From contig JAAOMT010000088.1 of assembly GCA_016748015.1 (NCBI GenBank), positions 62,001 to 126,000 on the forward strand: a stretch of DNA of 64,000 bases, written 5' to 3'. Shown here piece by piece: positions 11,356 to 24,691 of the stretch; position 1 is the first letter of the stretch; every line of letters begins with the position of its first letter. The stretch is from Geosiphon pyriformis uo1. Lineage: Eukaryota; Fungi; Glomeromycota. A program made the position numbers and the translations under genes. The notes under the pieces were generated by a model. That model was given only the letters and a program-made list of their open reading frames with translations, made no database searches and was not told the DNA's origin.

Positions 11356-11711
11356 TTACCATTTCTTCAAATTCATGATCTCTTGATCCTTCGCATCTAA
11401 CACCCGTAACAAAATGTCAATACGGTATTTCAATTTTTTGTTTTCTGCCAATAAAGCGTTCGATGATGGTGTGTTATTATTATTATTATTTTCAAATGGA
11501 GTTTCTTCTTGTAGTTTTAATTCATTTTTAACGGTGTCGGTTGAAGATGAACGAGGAGCAACACTTTGGATGCCTATAATACATCAAAGATATTATGTGA
11601 TGAAAAATATCCACTTGATGGTTTTCAATTATACTTGCCGGCCACAATCTCTCGTAATTCGACTACTTGATCTTGTAGGCCTTTGAGAGTGACCTCAATA
11701 GGAATGGTCAT
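11356..11711 (-). CDS. Small coiled-coil protein (~95 aa; 2 exons, GC-AG intron 11574-11638)
   Basis: MTIPIEVTLKGLQDQVVELREIVAG|IQSVAPRSS...NALLAENKKLKYRIDILLRVLDAKDQEIMNLKKW*. The frame stays open with the G|GCAAGT donor; the nearby GT donor leads to an early stop. Confidence 0.7.
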
Positions 11712-12037
11712 AATGTTAACGTTTGTATCTGATGGAAACGCTTGAGTGGAATTGAGCTTATTTTATTGGATCAAGTATTTTTATTAAGATAGACTAGATC
11801 AAATGATGATTAGAGAAATTTTTATTAAATTCTGAACTTATATGATATATTGCCAGATTTTTATCATGTCATAGATAAAAAGGACTGATGAATGTCAAAT
11901 GAATTTTTAAGAGCAAGGGTCAACAATCCTGAGCCTCCAAAAAGTAATGTAAATTTGTGAAGAAATTTCATTTTTAAACCCATGCATAATGGATCGAAAA
12001 GATATTTCAATGTAATAATAGAGAAGGCATTGGACAG

Positions 12038-12961
12038 TTAGGCCGTGAATGTCTTAAATTTATTTGTAAGTGTCTCAATATCGTGGCCATCCTTAATAGG
12101 AGAAGGAATTTTCTATTAATAAAGAGGTGTTCAGTTAGTTTACGTAAAAGACAAAGGTACTTAGCTTTGATGAATTGATTACCTTGCCATCTCTCAGAAG
12201 TTTAACTGTAGGATCAAGGAACATGGCCTTCTCTTTATCAGCCAAAGGGTCGACTAAAGAAAACCGAAAATGGTTTAAGAAAACATCAGTCCCTTTGAAT
12301 CATTAGCCGGGAGAATAAAAGTTACCAGCAGTTTTGACGAGCTCCTCCAGCTATTCAAAAGATTAAGAAGCATTGGTATAGAAATCAATAATGGTAGAAA
12401 GAAAAATTATAGAATGAAGTACCTCTTTTGGATCAACTTGATATTCCTCCGAGTCCTCACGCTCATCTTCAGAGCCTTCTTCCTGTTTGATATAAAATAA
12501 GTTTAATGATAAGCTACGAGTCCAAGAAAATGAATAGTCCTCAATTCATCCTAAAGATTCATTAATGTGCTTTGGAGAAAGCCGTGAAACATGTATAGAA
12601 AGGGCGAAAAACATAAAGCAAAAATAGAAAGCACTCTTTGAAAACGAGGTTTATCTGACGGAAAGTACAACATACTTCAGTACTTTCTTCCTCCTCGTCT
12701 TGATAGTCCTCATCCTCCTCTTCTTTATACTGTAAGAATTCGAGGCAAATTGTGATGCCATTTAATACTTTTGACTTAAAGAACTTTATTAAACTTGAAA
12801 ATTTTGTAAGCACTTGCTCATACGTCAGCGAAGTCGTCGTTGATCGAGATTTTTTGTTCAGTGACAAGTTCTTTTAGATCAGAACTCTCTCCAGCCTCTT
12901 TTTGTGCAGGATTGGGGGTAATTGCAGGTTTTGAAAGAGTGTTAGGGACGTTCTCGGACAT
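12038..12961 (-). CDS. Hypothetical acidic protein (~140 aa; 6 exons)
   Basis: MSENVPNTLSKP...NDDFAD|YKEEEDEDYQDEEEESTE|EEGSEDEREDSEEYQVDPKE|LEELVKTA|VDPLADKEKAMFLDPTVKLLRDGK|KIPSPIKDGHDIETLTNKFKTFTA*. Five GT-AG introns, phase-consistent. Divergent from RPS17. Confidence 0.75.
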
Positions 12962-13153
12962 TTTTTATGAAGTTGAGATCTTTTGAGTGTAAATAAGCTT
13001 CCTGTTTTTTTAGTTGTGGACGCGTTATTTTCTGATATCATGTCAATTAGAAAGTCAGATGATAAGTGGTGATCTTTTATGAATATCAGAATTTTTTACC
13101 AAAAAACCTTTTTTCTTTCTACACTTTCCCACCTTACGCAGAGTTGAACAGCT
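12962..13153. promoter_or_regulatory. Probable bidirectional promoter between the acidic gene and RPS17
   Basis: Only ~190 bp separate the divergent start codons. A pyrimidine tract (CCTTTTTTCTTTCT) precedes RPS17, as in ribosomal-protein transcription starts. Confidence 0.55.
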
Positions 13154-14135
13154 ATGGTTAGTTTTTATATTCGTTCCCTAACTTAGGCAATTGAAAAGAA
13201 TACATCTTATTCATTTTTCAAAAGGAAATAAACCAAGCTATTAGATTTTTTATAGTTGTTGTTGAGTTGACTATCCGTATATTTGTCGTTATAAAGGATT
13301 TCACTTGTAGTGGTTTAATTCTCATTTTGCCCCAGAGGTTAAAAATAGCACCGGAAATAAATACAATTTTTAATGCTTTCCATTTTTTTCAGGGTCGTGT
13401 TCGAACAAAAACGGTGAAAAAGGTGAAAAAAAGTGACTATTCCAATTATGCAATAATATGTAATACAACTTTACCTATGTCAAAATAAATTGTAGGCATC
13501 TCGTGTGATCATTGAAAAATATTATCCACGCCTCACCCAAGACTTTCAAACAAACAAAAAAGTATATTCATTTCCCAAATTCTACGCTCGAATTATAATA
13601 AATTTTGTTGCTAATAAACTTCGATTAAACAGATTTGCGATGAAGTTGCTATCATTGCGTATGTAATATTCTCAGTTTTTCCGTTTTTCAAAACCTTTGA
13701 CTCATAAATCTCAATTTGCAATTGATCTATTCAGCTCTAAACGACTTCGCAACAAAATCGCTGGATTTACAACACATTTAATGAAACGTATTCAGAAAGG
13801 CCCTGTTCGTGGTATTTCCTTCAAATTGCAGGAGGAAGAACGTGAAAGAAAAGATAACTATGTTCCGGAAATTTCGGCTCTAGCCACAGACAACATAGAA
13901 ATTGATATAGAGACAAAGGTTTGTCACTAAAGATGTGCCAAAATATCTGAAGTTGGTATTTTTTCCAGCTTCTAATCTTTATTTAATAATCCAGGAACTC
14001 CTTAAATCCTTGAATCATGAAAATTTGCCTAATATTGTTCTCGCCAACCCCGTTCCTATAAATAATCTCACTGAGCGCCCGCGTGGTACCAGACGCAATA
14101 ATACTGATCGTCCTCCACGCCAACAAGAGACATAA
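13154..14135 (+). CDS. RPS17: 40S ribosomal protein S17 (eS17), 6 exons
   Basis: M|[10 protein letters not shown]|[22 protein letters not shown]|ICDEVAIIA|[45 protein letters not shown]. Confidence 0.98.
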
Positions 14136-14895
14136 ATTTTAGTATATTGAAAATTAGCTAACAAGCCATCCTCCATTTCTATTATGCGTTATATGAGAAA
14201 GTTGACTTCTTTTCAATAACATAAGCTTGTGGTTTCGCTATTTTCATGGGGTTAAAGATGCTTAGAAAAAATTAAAAGGCGGTTCATCACATAATTTAAG
14301 GTACTTTTAGGGCAAACCAAAGCCGTTTTTTATTATGGAAGCAATATATTCCAAAATCATCATAAAATAAGCTTCAACGCTTTACTATTCCCTTCAAAAT
14401 TCTAGGCTAATAGATGTTGCTCAATAATAGTTGCTCATGTTGTAATGGCAATTCATTTTTTGTCTAAATTAATGGTTATTTAATTATTTCTGGAGGCCAT
14501 TAAGTCATTCAAGTTCAATAATGAGCTATAAAAATCCCGAAGAAAACTACTTTTATTGACTTAATTATTAATCTCTTTTTTAACAATATTTTTGATTTAC
14601 TATAATATTTAACTTAACTAATTAAAAAACCAAAAAAAATTAATAATAAAAAAATAATAATATATAATATTTTGTTATTAAATTAAAAAACTAATATTTT
14701 AAATTAGTAATTACTTAAAAAACCAAAATAAACATATTTATAATTAAAAAGCCAAATATTTTAAACTTTAATTTATAGTTATATTAATATTTAAATATTT
14801 TTTAATAAATATAATTTTTTATAAAATATTTAAAAATATTACATAATATTAATAAAACTATTTGTTATATTTATTAAAAAATAAATTTAATGCTA

Positions 14896-17800
14896 ATTTT
14901 TTTATTTTATTCATTTAATGAGTGAAACCCAAATACTGCCTAGTATAATACATCAATGAATCAATCTAAACTAGATGTGAATTATGCATTTTCTATACGT
15001 GACCAGTCATTCAAGCCGATCAAAACAACACTAAGCACCTATATAAACAGAGACAAAGCTTCCAATATCTGAACCTCTTACTAATTCCAATAAAGAGAAA
15101 AACATCCAATTGTAAAACAGCACAAACAAGAATGTTTGTTTGGTTATTGCCAACAATACCCAAATGCTCTTTTACTTTCACTTATCTTACTGAAATGTCT
15201 TTAAATTTGAGTAAATTAACAATATGACATCTCTCTATTCAAAACTTATTCCAAAAGTTAGGCTGGTCCTGCTTATATTCTGACAAATACATGGCTAAGA
15301 CTGTCTGGCTGTTTGTATGTAAAACAACTAAGCAAGATAAGAGAACACATTCCAATACTAAAGCAATTGCTTGAATTTCAGACAATATAAAGGACAAAAA
15401 GTCCTGTACTTTAATACTAACATCCAACTTAATTTTAGAAAAATAAGCAGTTGCTCTACAAGCCATGTCCTTAATACCCAGGTTTTTTAGAGAATTATCT
15501 ATGTAAACATTGATCTCTTCTGTCCAAATCTTATGCAAACACTTACAAACCTTTAAAAACTTGGTAGAACAGAGAAAATCAGACCTTTTTAGGTTAGTAA
15601 CAATCTCATTAGAATCCAAAACCTGATTGTTCATATACACAAAGATCTTATTGAACCAAACTGGGACTGGGTCCCTAGGACTTAATTTTTTCTAATACCA
15701 AAAGGTTTTTCAATCCATAACAAGTCCATGCTTGGACAGCAAACAATCACCAAAGGCAATGCCAAAACACTTTAAAGAATAGACCACTTTAAAATAGTAG
15801 GCATTATCCAAGATGTTTGACATTGGAAAGCAGTTTAGACCACAAAATGCACTAGGTAAATTATTAGCAAAAGAGATCTTTACATTCTGAAAAATTCTAA
15901 TAACACTTACAAGGAAATTGTTTATTGAGTTGATTTTTAATTTAACTAGATAACATAATGGATTTAAAAATGCCCAATCCAAAACTTGCAGATTCAAAGC
16001 ATGGTGTTTGAATAAATAGCCAAGAATTTCAGAAACATTAAAAAATTTAACTACCAAAGCAATCTTGGCCTTAGTCTGCATCTGCTCAAAAAACTTTAAA
16101 CTATACAGACATGGATAATATAAAGCTTCATTGAAAAAGTCCCTTGGCAAGCAAGCCTTAGACCTAAGTCCTTTTTTTATTATAGTGTTCCATTTTTGAC
16201 ACATATTCTTAGCTATAAAACTGAACTGCATATAATAGTTGACAATGGGCTGGAGAACTGCTGAAACCAAATAACAAAATTGCTTGTCTGACATCACTTT
16301 TCTCAAAACTGTACCTGAAAAAACCTAATATCTGCATGTATTTTTGTAAGACTTGGCTTGAAAAACTTTCTGTCAACAAAAAAATATCTAGGTATTTATG
16401 AGACTCATTCTTTTTCACAATAGAAATGGGTTGACTATTGATGTACAAAGAGACATTTATCACTTTCTAGTTAATAAAAATTACCACTGTTTTGTTATTA
16501 TTAATAGAAATGTTATTAATCTTAAAAAACTTACTAGCAATATCCAGAATATATTGAGTTGAAGTCTGGTCATTGCCTACTCATATTGTGTCATCAACAA
16601 AGGCACTAGCAGCAAAGAATAATAACATATTTCCACTAACCTTTAATCTACCAGTTCTTGCCACAAAGTTAGAGTTAATCTTATAACCACACAATTGTTC
16701 TTGTCTTTTAATCTCACACAACCAAGAGTCATAAAAAATTCCCCAAAGGAATGGAGAGAAAACTTTCCCCTAATTCAAATCATTACAGACTCTGTACCTA
16801 TTTGAAGACCAAAATCAGTCATAACTCTATTAATCCTGTTTTTGTGAATGTTTCCAGAAAACTTTATAAATCTATTATACATTTTAATATGTTTCGGACT
16901 AGATCTCAAATAATGCCACCCAACTGAATCATAAGCTTTGCACATATTCTGCAACACCAACCAGATTTTCTGACCTTTCTCTAAGACATTTTTAATAATC
17001 AACCCAATAGTAAATACAAGAGAATAAATTGAAGTGTCTTTCAAAACCAAAAAGTTATTATTGTGAAAAATATTGAATTTACTGTAAACACACAAAATTT
17101 GATCAAATAAAATTTTAGAAAAAATTTTCCTTACAGTTTTGATCAATACAATTGGTCTGGTGTTTGTTTCAATTATAAGGCTTAGAAATTATAAAGACCC
17201 ATGCCTTTTTCCAAGAAACTGAAATATTACCAAGTGACAAACATAAATTCAACAACTTCAAAAGACAAGTTATTATGTTATCTCCATTGTGCTTCCACAA
17301 TTTATTAGATATACCAGAAAAACCAGCAGTTTTACCATTTGGTAATCCATCAACAACCAAGGACAACTCATTTAAACTAACATTACACATCATTTCTAAG
17401 AAAGTATCATCATCCATATGGTTTAATAGAACATATTGTCAGACTCATGAGTTGGGCAATATTGAAAAAATCTTTCACTTATGAGTCCAATTTACCATAA
17501 TTTTATTCATTCTAGACTTTATTTTATCTGGTTCCAAAATTAACTCATTACTAATCACTAAATAATCAAGCACAATCTTGTGAAACAAACACTCCAAGAT
17601 GCTTTTAATCATGCCACTTTTATTTGAATTGAAATTATCTATTTTTTTCTTTATTACATCTTTGATTAATTTATTTTTGGTTATCTCCAATTCATAGTAC
17701 TTCAACTTATAATAATCTTTCTTGATTTTTGATAAATGTTTATTTAATTCTGTTAATTTTGTATTGTCTAGAAGCATAGTCACAACCTTAAAAACCTTGT

Positions 17801-20800
17801 TACTATCAAGCTTTGACCAAATCTGGACAAGTCAATCAAACTCAGACTTCTTATCCAAGCTCAAACACTTCATGATTTTAGTAATCAGAATTTCTAACCT
17901 AAAAAATTTTGAAGTCTGCTTGTTCCTTGAGTAGTTAATATTATAGAACCAATATCTAGAAAACACTTTATCAGCTGAATCACACACTACACTCTTTAGC
18001 ACTTCCCATATTACTTCCAGATTTCTTTCTTTTTTTGCTGTCTCAAAAGAAACTAGGGCTTTAGACAACAAAACTGAAGCATGTTCTGAGAATTGTATTC
18101 ATTTGGTCTTATCTGTGTCTTTGAATCAAAACTTTCAATAATCACAATTAGCTTGTTTTTAAATGCTGTTAAAATATGTGTCCAACAAATCTTCCAGATC
18201 AACCAAAACTGCAACCATATTATAATCTATATCAAAGAATTCAGAAACCAAACTGATTTTGTATTCAACTAAGACTGAAGAAAAATTTTCACTTACAAAA
18301 ATAAAGTTAATGATCTTCTCAACTCCTCTGAAATTGCTCCAGGTGGTCGATTTACTCAATGGATGGCCCCCTAATAAATTGATCAGTCCTATGTCTGAAC
18401 ATTTCAAGAAACTTGTACTTTTTTTAGAACCATTTTCATTGAAATCACCACCCAGAACCACAAATAAACTAGTGTTGATAGCCTTAAAAAGAAATGAGTT
18501 AATACTAGAAGCTTGAACAAATTGTGTTTTGAATAAGGCACCAGCATATAAACCCAAAAACACAACTGAAAGTTTGTTTTTAAATAACAACCAAACAGAA
18601 AAAACTTTGCTGAGAATTTCATTAATTTTTGTTATATGCCAAGCCAAAGAATGATTCATAATAATAGCCACACTTACACCAAGATAACCCCCATCCAAGC
18701 TGGAAGTGAAAATATAGATACCATTAAACTTATTCTTAATTTATAGACTATTATTTGCTTTCAACTTAGTTTCAGTAAGAATTGAAACCATATTGTCTAA
18801 TTCCAAATGCCAATAAACAATGTCTTCTTGTTTTGTTAAATTTGAAATGTCTTTAACATTACATGTTGCAATTTTTTAAATTAAATCAGTCATTAAGAAG
18901 TATTAATATTTACACTTAAATTAATATTTTCTATTTTGGCCAAAAAACTCATAACTGTATCAGATAGATTGTTCAAAATAACTTCTATCTTTAAAACTAC
19001 TAAGGAGTCTAAACTTACCACTTTTACAATAGTCCCATCACTAATAACCACACCCAAACTCTCACTTATTACTATATATGTTCCTTGATTATGTAATAAA
19101 AAGATTACCAATAGCTGACATCTAAGACTAGGCTAAGAAACCATTGATCCAGATGTGTCCAATCTCTTAGCCAGCTTGTTAATATGCTTTATGAAACTGG
19201 CAAAACTGTGCTGTTACTTATAAAGAAAATATATAAAAAAAAATAATAGAAAAACAGATAGACCAATAGAAGAATAGTAGTTAGCATGTGAGCACATTGC
19301 TTAAGAAATTATAGCACATTGCTTAAGAATATGAGCAATCTCATAGAACCTAAAATATGTATATATAGCAAAAACATTAGAAGCAGAAAAAAAAATTACT
19401 ACCAAGATCTCTCTATTACTACATTTATATTAGAATAATTAATATTAATAAATAATTATTTGATATCCAAATCACTCTTCCATTATCAACACTTCATGTT
19501 GATAGTATCTACTACTTGACTACACTAGAACAATAGCTCTTGATCATGACTATTGACAGAATACTAACTTTTGTTTTGGCTTAATTTTTTTGATTCTTTA
19601 ATTTTTTTGTGTTTTTTTTTCTTTTTAGATTGTTGATTTACTAATTGATTTAAAAAATTAATGCATGAAATACTGACATTAAAATATAGTACTAGTAAAA
19701 AACCCAGAAATAAGAATAGACACTTAGATTGAAGATAGCTTACCAAAAGATTGCTGACCATTATACCAAGATAAAAATTGATGGAATTGCAATTCCAAAA
19801 GACTACTGAAACCAATTACTAAATTTCTGTCTATTATACAAAGAACTCAACCAAAATCTTCAGATAATACCAACAATATTGACTAGTCAAGCACCAAGTT
19901 ATGGATTTGTTATTTGATTTGAGATCCTAAATAATCACTTGTAACAGTGCTTAAAAATGACTAACCTATCATTCAATTTCATTGTAATTATCAAAGTAGG
20001 CTTAGTCTTAAAAGAGGAGCCAGAATAAACCAATTTTTTTTACATAGGTAGAAAAAAGAAAGAAGACTCACCAGCAATACTTGCTCATGAAACACCACCA
20101 AAAGCTACCAGTCAAACAACAGGAGCTGAACATTTAACATAAATGGTGGCCAGTCTGCTTTTATCTGTTTTTGAAAATGCTCTATGTGGTAAAGCACCAG
20201 AAGAAAACTTCTCATTAACTACACAGTTTAAAGATATATGATTTGAGTTCTCACACTTTATATACTTAGCCAGAACAAAACAAGACCAGTCCATATTGGT
20301 ACCCTTCAGAACTAACATGGTTCCTATGATTGCATCTAATAATTCAGCAAAGTCAAAACAGATAGCAGTACACCTGGTCTAAGCATATAAAACCAGATGA
20401 CAGTTAATAATACAAGTTTTTCCATCCACTGAGATGATATAATCCCAAATATTATGCACATTGGTTCTTATTGACAAAGTATACAACAGTGTTTTGTGAA
20501 CATCTTTTGTGTTCCAAGATTCTTTGTCCATATTAGACTTAGCAATACATATTGCATTCTTCCTGATTAAGATAGACCATCTAGCTGTAACCAAATTAGC
20601 ATGATCAGTTTGTTCAAATTCTACTATAGCTTTCTGTCATAGCCTCACCAATTGCATTTTGATTGACTTAATCATACCAAATTCAGAAAGCACAGCCTGT
20701 ACAATCTTAGCCAATGTTCTAATTGGAATTTCTTTTAATACTACAGTCTGATCTGAATGAACAGAGAATTTTTTGAGATTAGTGTTTACTAGGATCTTTA

Positions 20801-21547
20801 TATTTTTAGTCTTCTTAGTAGTTTGTATTAAGCCAAATTCAGAAGTAAACATTGCTTGGACAATCCCAGCAAATTTTGAGGGAGTAGAGACCTCCTCCCT
20901 AAAACCATTAATACCTGAAAATAATTTTCTAACCAATATGCATTTTTCTTGAGATGTTTTTTTAGTAATTTTATTCAGCCCAATATCCAAAGCAAAAGAT
21001 TTGCAAACAGAGACGTTGACCAAATTTTTCAAGAAAGAAAAGAGTTTCAGAAAAGCATCTAAAAGAACCTTATTATTATTACCACTATCTGAGAAATTAA
21101 TTTTTCCCAATGGCTTACCCAATGTTTTTTTGGTTTTGATTCACAAACCTTTAAGTATTTAATTAAAATTTCCATTAGCAAGAGCACCACTTTTACTATA
21201 ATCAAAACTGGTCTCTTCCACTAGGCACTTCTTCTTCATATCAATATTATTAAACTCAGTGATATCACCAGTCTCCAAACTTCATGAATGACTACTCTGA
21301 ATCTTAAATAAAGTCTCTTTATTGTTGATGTCATCTTTTAGAACACCACTTTTTCTCTTTTTTCTTGGTAAAACAATCTTAAAGCCACCACCAAAGCCAG
21401 AATTTTTAACAGTCTTTTTCATAACAACAATACTAGAGCCAACAATGGCTTTATAATTAAGCAAAAATGAATTGGATTTATCATACTGAATTGCAAAAAG
21501 CTTCTTTTTCAAAAAACTTTTCTGACTCTTTTTTGGGAATTTGGGAT
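14896..21547 (-). mobile_element. Degenerate LINE (ORF1 RRM/CCHC-like; ORF2 APE endonuclease, RT, RNase H); partly deleted and interrupted by a solo LTR
   Basis: EN motif VVLGGDFNE (18159-18698). RT motifs (LVLQNMCKAYDSVGW, AFVDD near 16600). RNase H-like VYIDNSL...LSEIQAIALVLECV. 3' tail homologous to 58880-59000, followed by an A-rich end. Many stop codons. Confidence 0.9.
19212..19946. mobile_element. Solo LTR (735 bp) inserted in LINE ORF1
   Basis: TGTTAC...GTAACA termini with 4-bp TSD GTGC (19208-19211, 19947-19950). Removing it rejoins ORF1 as RLVIFKHSFASFIKHINKLAKRLD, homologous to ASLAEQVNKLAKRLD at 63.95-64.0 kb. Confidence 0.85.
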
Positions 21548-21959
21548 AAAAAAAAGAAAGAAGTTTTTTAATAGTAATTATTATTAATATTTTTAAAATT
21601 CAATATTAACTATCAGTTATATTTTTAGTAAATATTTATTTAATATATTTTACAAAAACTAATAATTATATAATCAAGAAAAAAAAAATTAATAAAAGAA
21701 AAATAAATAAAATAAAAGTTAAAAAATAAAATATTCAATTATAATAAATATTTAGAATAAATTTTAATTTATATTTAGATAATTTATTTATTTTTGGTTT
21801 TGCTAATAGAATTATAATTTAAATAAATATATAATACAGTTTTAAATTTAAATAATTAATTATATATAAAAAATATATAAATTATGCTTAATTTAAAGTA
21901 TTTAGTTTATTATATTATATTAAGTAATAATTATTAAAAAAAATAACAATTATTAAAAA

Positions 21960-22090
21960 ACCAAAAAATAAAACAAGTTTAATTATTAATTTAAAAAATT
22001 AATTTCCTAATTTTAAAAACTGTATAATTAAAAAAAATTAACCAACTTAATTTTAAATATATTATAAATAATAATAATATTTTATTAATT
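21960..22090 (-). mobile_element. Heavily eroded fragment of the ORF1-only element
   Basis: Aligns to the reverse complement of 55211-55310 (the KFKAKLVNLPPGCTAFEISDMISQIGG segment); most differences are G>A or C>T. Confidence 0.6.
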
Positions 22091-23094
22091 TTATTAATTT
22101 TAAAAACTTAAAATATAATAAAATATTAAAAACTTTAAATTAATACTAAAAACACTAAAAAAAATTTTAATTTATTAAAAAACCATTTAAAAAGTTATTA
22201 TATAAAATTATTATAAAAAAAATAATTTAACAAACTTAATTTTAATATTATTATTTAAACAAACTTAAAATACAAAAAATCTTAATTTTGATTTTAATAA
22301 TTAATTTTAAATTAATAAATTTATATAATAATTAAAATATACAAATAATACTCTTTGTCTTCTTAATTTTATGACCATAACCAAAGCAAAGAGTAAAAAA
22401 GCTGCACCTAATATCTGTCCTGAGATATCTAATAAAATTTTAACCAGAGAAGCTCTCTCTGTTGTAGAAACAACTAGACAGAACGTTTTAGAAGCCTTTT
22501 CTCTATCCAATAATTGTAATAAGCTGTCTTTGGTAGTTACTGAAACAACTTTTTTATCTTTGGCTGGTTTCTCACCAGTCAAAATTCTCTTAAAAAGACT
22601 CACTTGGGTTAGTCCCAATGTTGCCTTCACTTCGACTAAGAGCCCAAAAGTTTTTAATAATAGGTCAGTAAATAAGCTGGTTTTTCTTTTTATAGATTCA
22701 ATATCTGGTGCTTTTAGCACCACCTCTTCAAAAAAAATGGTCAAAAAAACCAAAAGTTCAGAAAAGTGGGGGCAGTCACTTGCCTCTGCTATTGTTACAC
22801 CAAACCCCTTTGTGATTTCCAATAAGATCTTAGATGAGATCTCCATAGCATCATCCAGCACATCATCTAAGATAGGCTTAGATCAACCACTGGCTGTGTT
22901 GCCAAATGTGATGTTTTTTAGCAGATCATTGCCAGTTTTAGAAGCAAAACAATTTTCTTCTGTTGAGTTATCTGTTCTTGAGAACTGGGCTGATTAAATG
23001 GAAACTGAATCATCTCCTCCTCTAGTTTCTGGTGCTACTTTTGATGATACTTGGGAAACTATTACTAGTTATTAAAGGTTTGCTGAGTGGGTGG

Positions 23095-23925
23095 TATTAT
23101 GGGATGGTTTTTTTGTTATATTTAATTGCTGATATCCCGCTTTAATTGCAATCAGTCTTTCGTGAGTTCCTCAGTTCTATTTGTGTGATAATGTCACTGT
23201 TACACTGAAGGCTTTCTTTTTTTTCTGTTGTGATGTAAGTTATTCTTTAATTCTTGATTGTTGTATGTGTTTATGTACTCCTTCTCAGAGGCTGAACTGA
23301 AATCTACCCACTGTTTGGGGTCTTCTCTGAGGCTATCCTTGCAATTGCCTGATGTGTTTCTCTAATCTAGAAACACAGAATGTTAATGGTCTTTAGCGCT
23401 TTTCTAATTCTCACAATAAAGCTTTTATCAATTAGTAACAACGTGAATAATCTTGATCAAGGATTATTCTTTCAAGGGATTCAGTTGATGAATGATAGTT
23501 TCATTCAATAAATAATACAAGTAAGTTTCTTAATACTTTGGGTTGTAATAGTTCAGTTTTAAATATTCTTTTTCATTTCTTTTTGATTTTTAAAGGTTTC
23601 TTGGGATATTTAATTTGAAAGTATGATTTAATAAGTTATGATTTTTATTACTTGATTTATTATTTCCCAATATTAAAACTACTGTATATATACATGTTTG
23701 TAGTTCTACGAGAAAATACTTTCTTTTTGATATTTCAACCTGGTGTTTGCTGCTATCACCAGTTGGTGTTGGCTGCTATTGTGAACTGGTGCTTGCCACT
23801 ATCGCGAAATGGTGTTTGCTACTATGTTAATCATTACCTTTCTAAGATTATTACTGTGCTATATTATGATTGAATAGTTTGTATTATTTTTATAATTCTT
23901 TTTTCTAAATTCTTAAACTGTAACA
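23095..23925 (-). repeat. Gypsy 3' LTR
   Basis: TATTAT (mutated TGTTAC)...GTAACA; about 98% identical to 32484-33311 by manual comparison. Confidence 0.95.
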
Positions 23926-23940
23926 TTATCCCCTCCTTTC
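23926..23940 (-). other. Polypurine tract
   Basis: Minus strand GAAAGGAGGGGATAA immediately before the 3' LTR. Confidence 0.85.
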
Positions 23941-24691
23941 AAGATTGAGCTCCGTTGAAATCGAAGTTAATTTCTTCATTAAATTCTAAGTTACTATAGT
24001 GGTTCAATACTGTGTTATTAATTTGTTGTTGTAATTCTTGAAATTGCGAGTTGGTAAGTTGTCCAATACTGTTGGTTGTTATTATGTTCATGGTTGGGTC
24101 CAACAATAATTTGTGACAGTTTTCAAATGCTTTGAAAATTCTGTAAACTGTTTTTGAATGGAATGTAGTGTTGGTTTTTCCAATGAAAGGTTCTAATAGT
24201 TAGATAGTTGTTTTGTCAAACACTCTAGTTGAGTTTTTTGAGTATAATGTTTGTATGTTCAAGTGCTTTCCTAGTTGATAATAACAGTAATTAATTGGGA
24301 ATTTCGTTTTCAAGTTGCTAAATGTGTCTGGTGTTAATTCACTTATTTCTATTTCTTCCATTATTAATGTATTGCCCAATGCTATCACTAATTTTTCAAT
24401 AACTTTGCTAATAAATTTGTTGTTATATTTGGCAATATTATATGATTCGAAATTATGTTCTTTTCTTGTTTTTGGATTTTCTATTGTTCTTTTTATGTAT
24501 GTTATTTTGGAGCTATTAACTGTGATTTCTAGATCGGATTTTAATTGTTGTAAGCTTTCAACTAATTGTTGAGTTATATTGTTGATGTTTTCTGGAATAA
24601 GTATCATTGTTTTAACTTTGAATGTTATTTTGGAATTTTTTGCATGCGTTTTTATGGTTGTTAAATCATTTTTGCTGTGATCTAAGATTAA
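23939..24691 (-). pseudogene. Unknown ~250-codon region downstream of integrase (in-frame extension or ORF3)
   Basis: Same frame as integrase after the TAA at 24692. One internal TAA (24200). Ends ...FDFNGAQS* at the PPT. Confidence 0.6.

Noticed and set aside
23652-23873. 73-aa ORF repeated at 33038-33259
   Set aside because: Lies inside the LTRs, antisense to the element; the repetition only reflects LTR identity.
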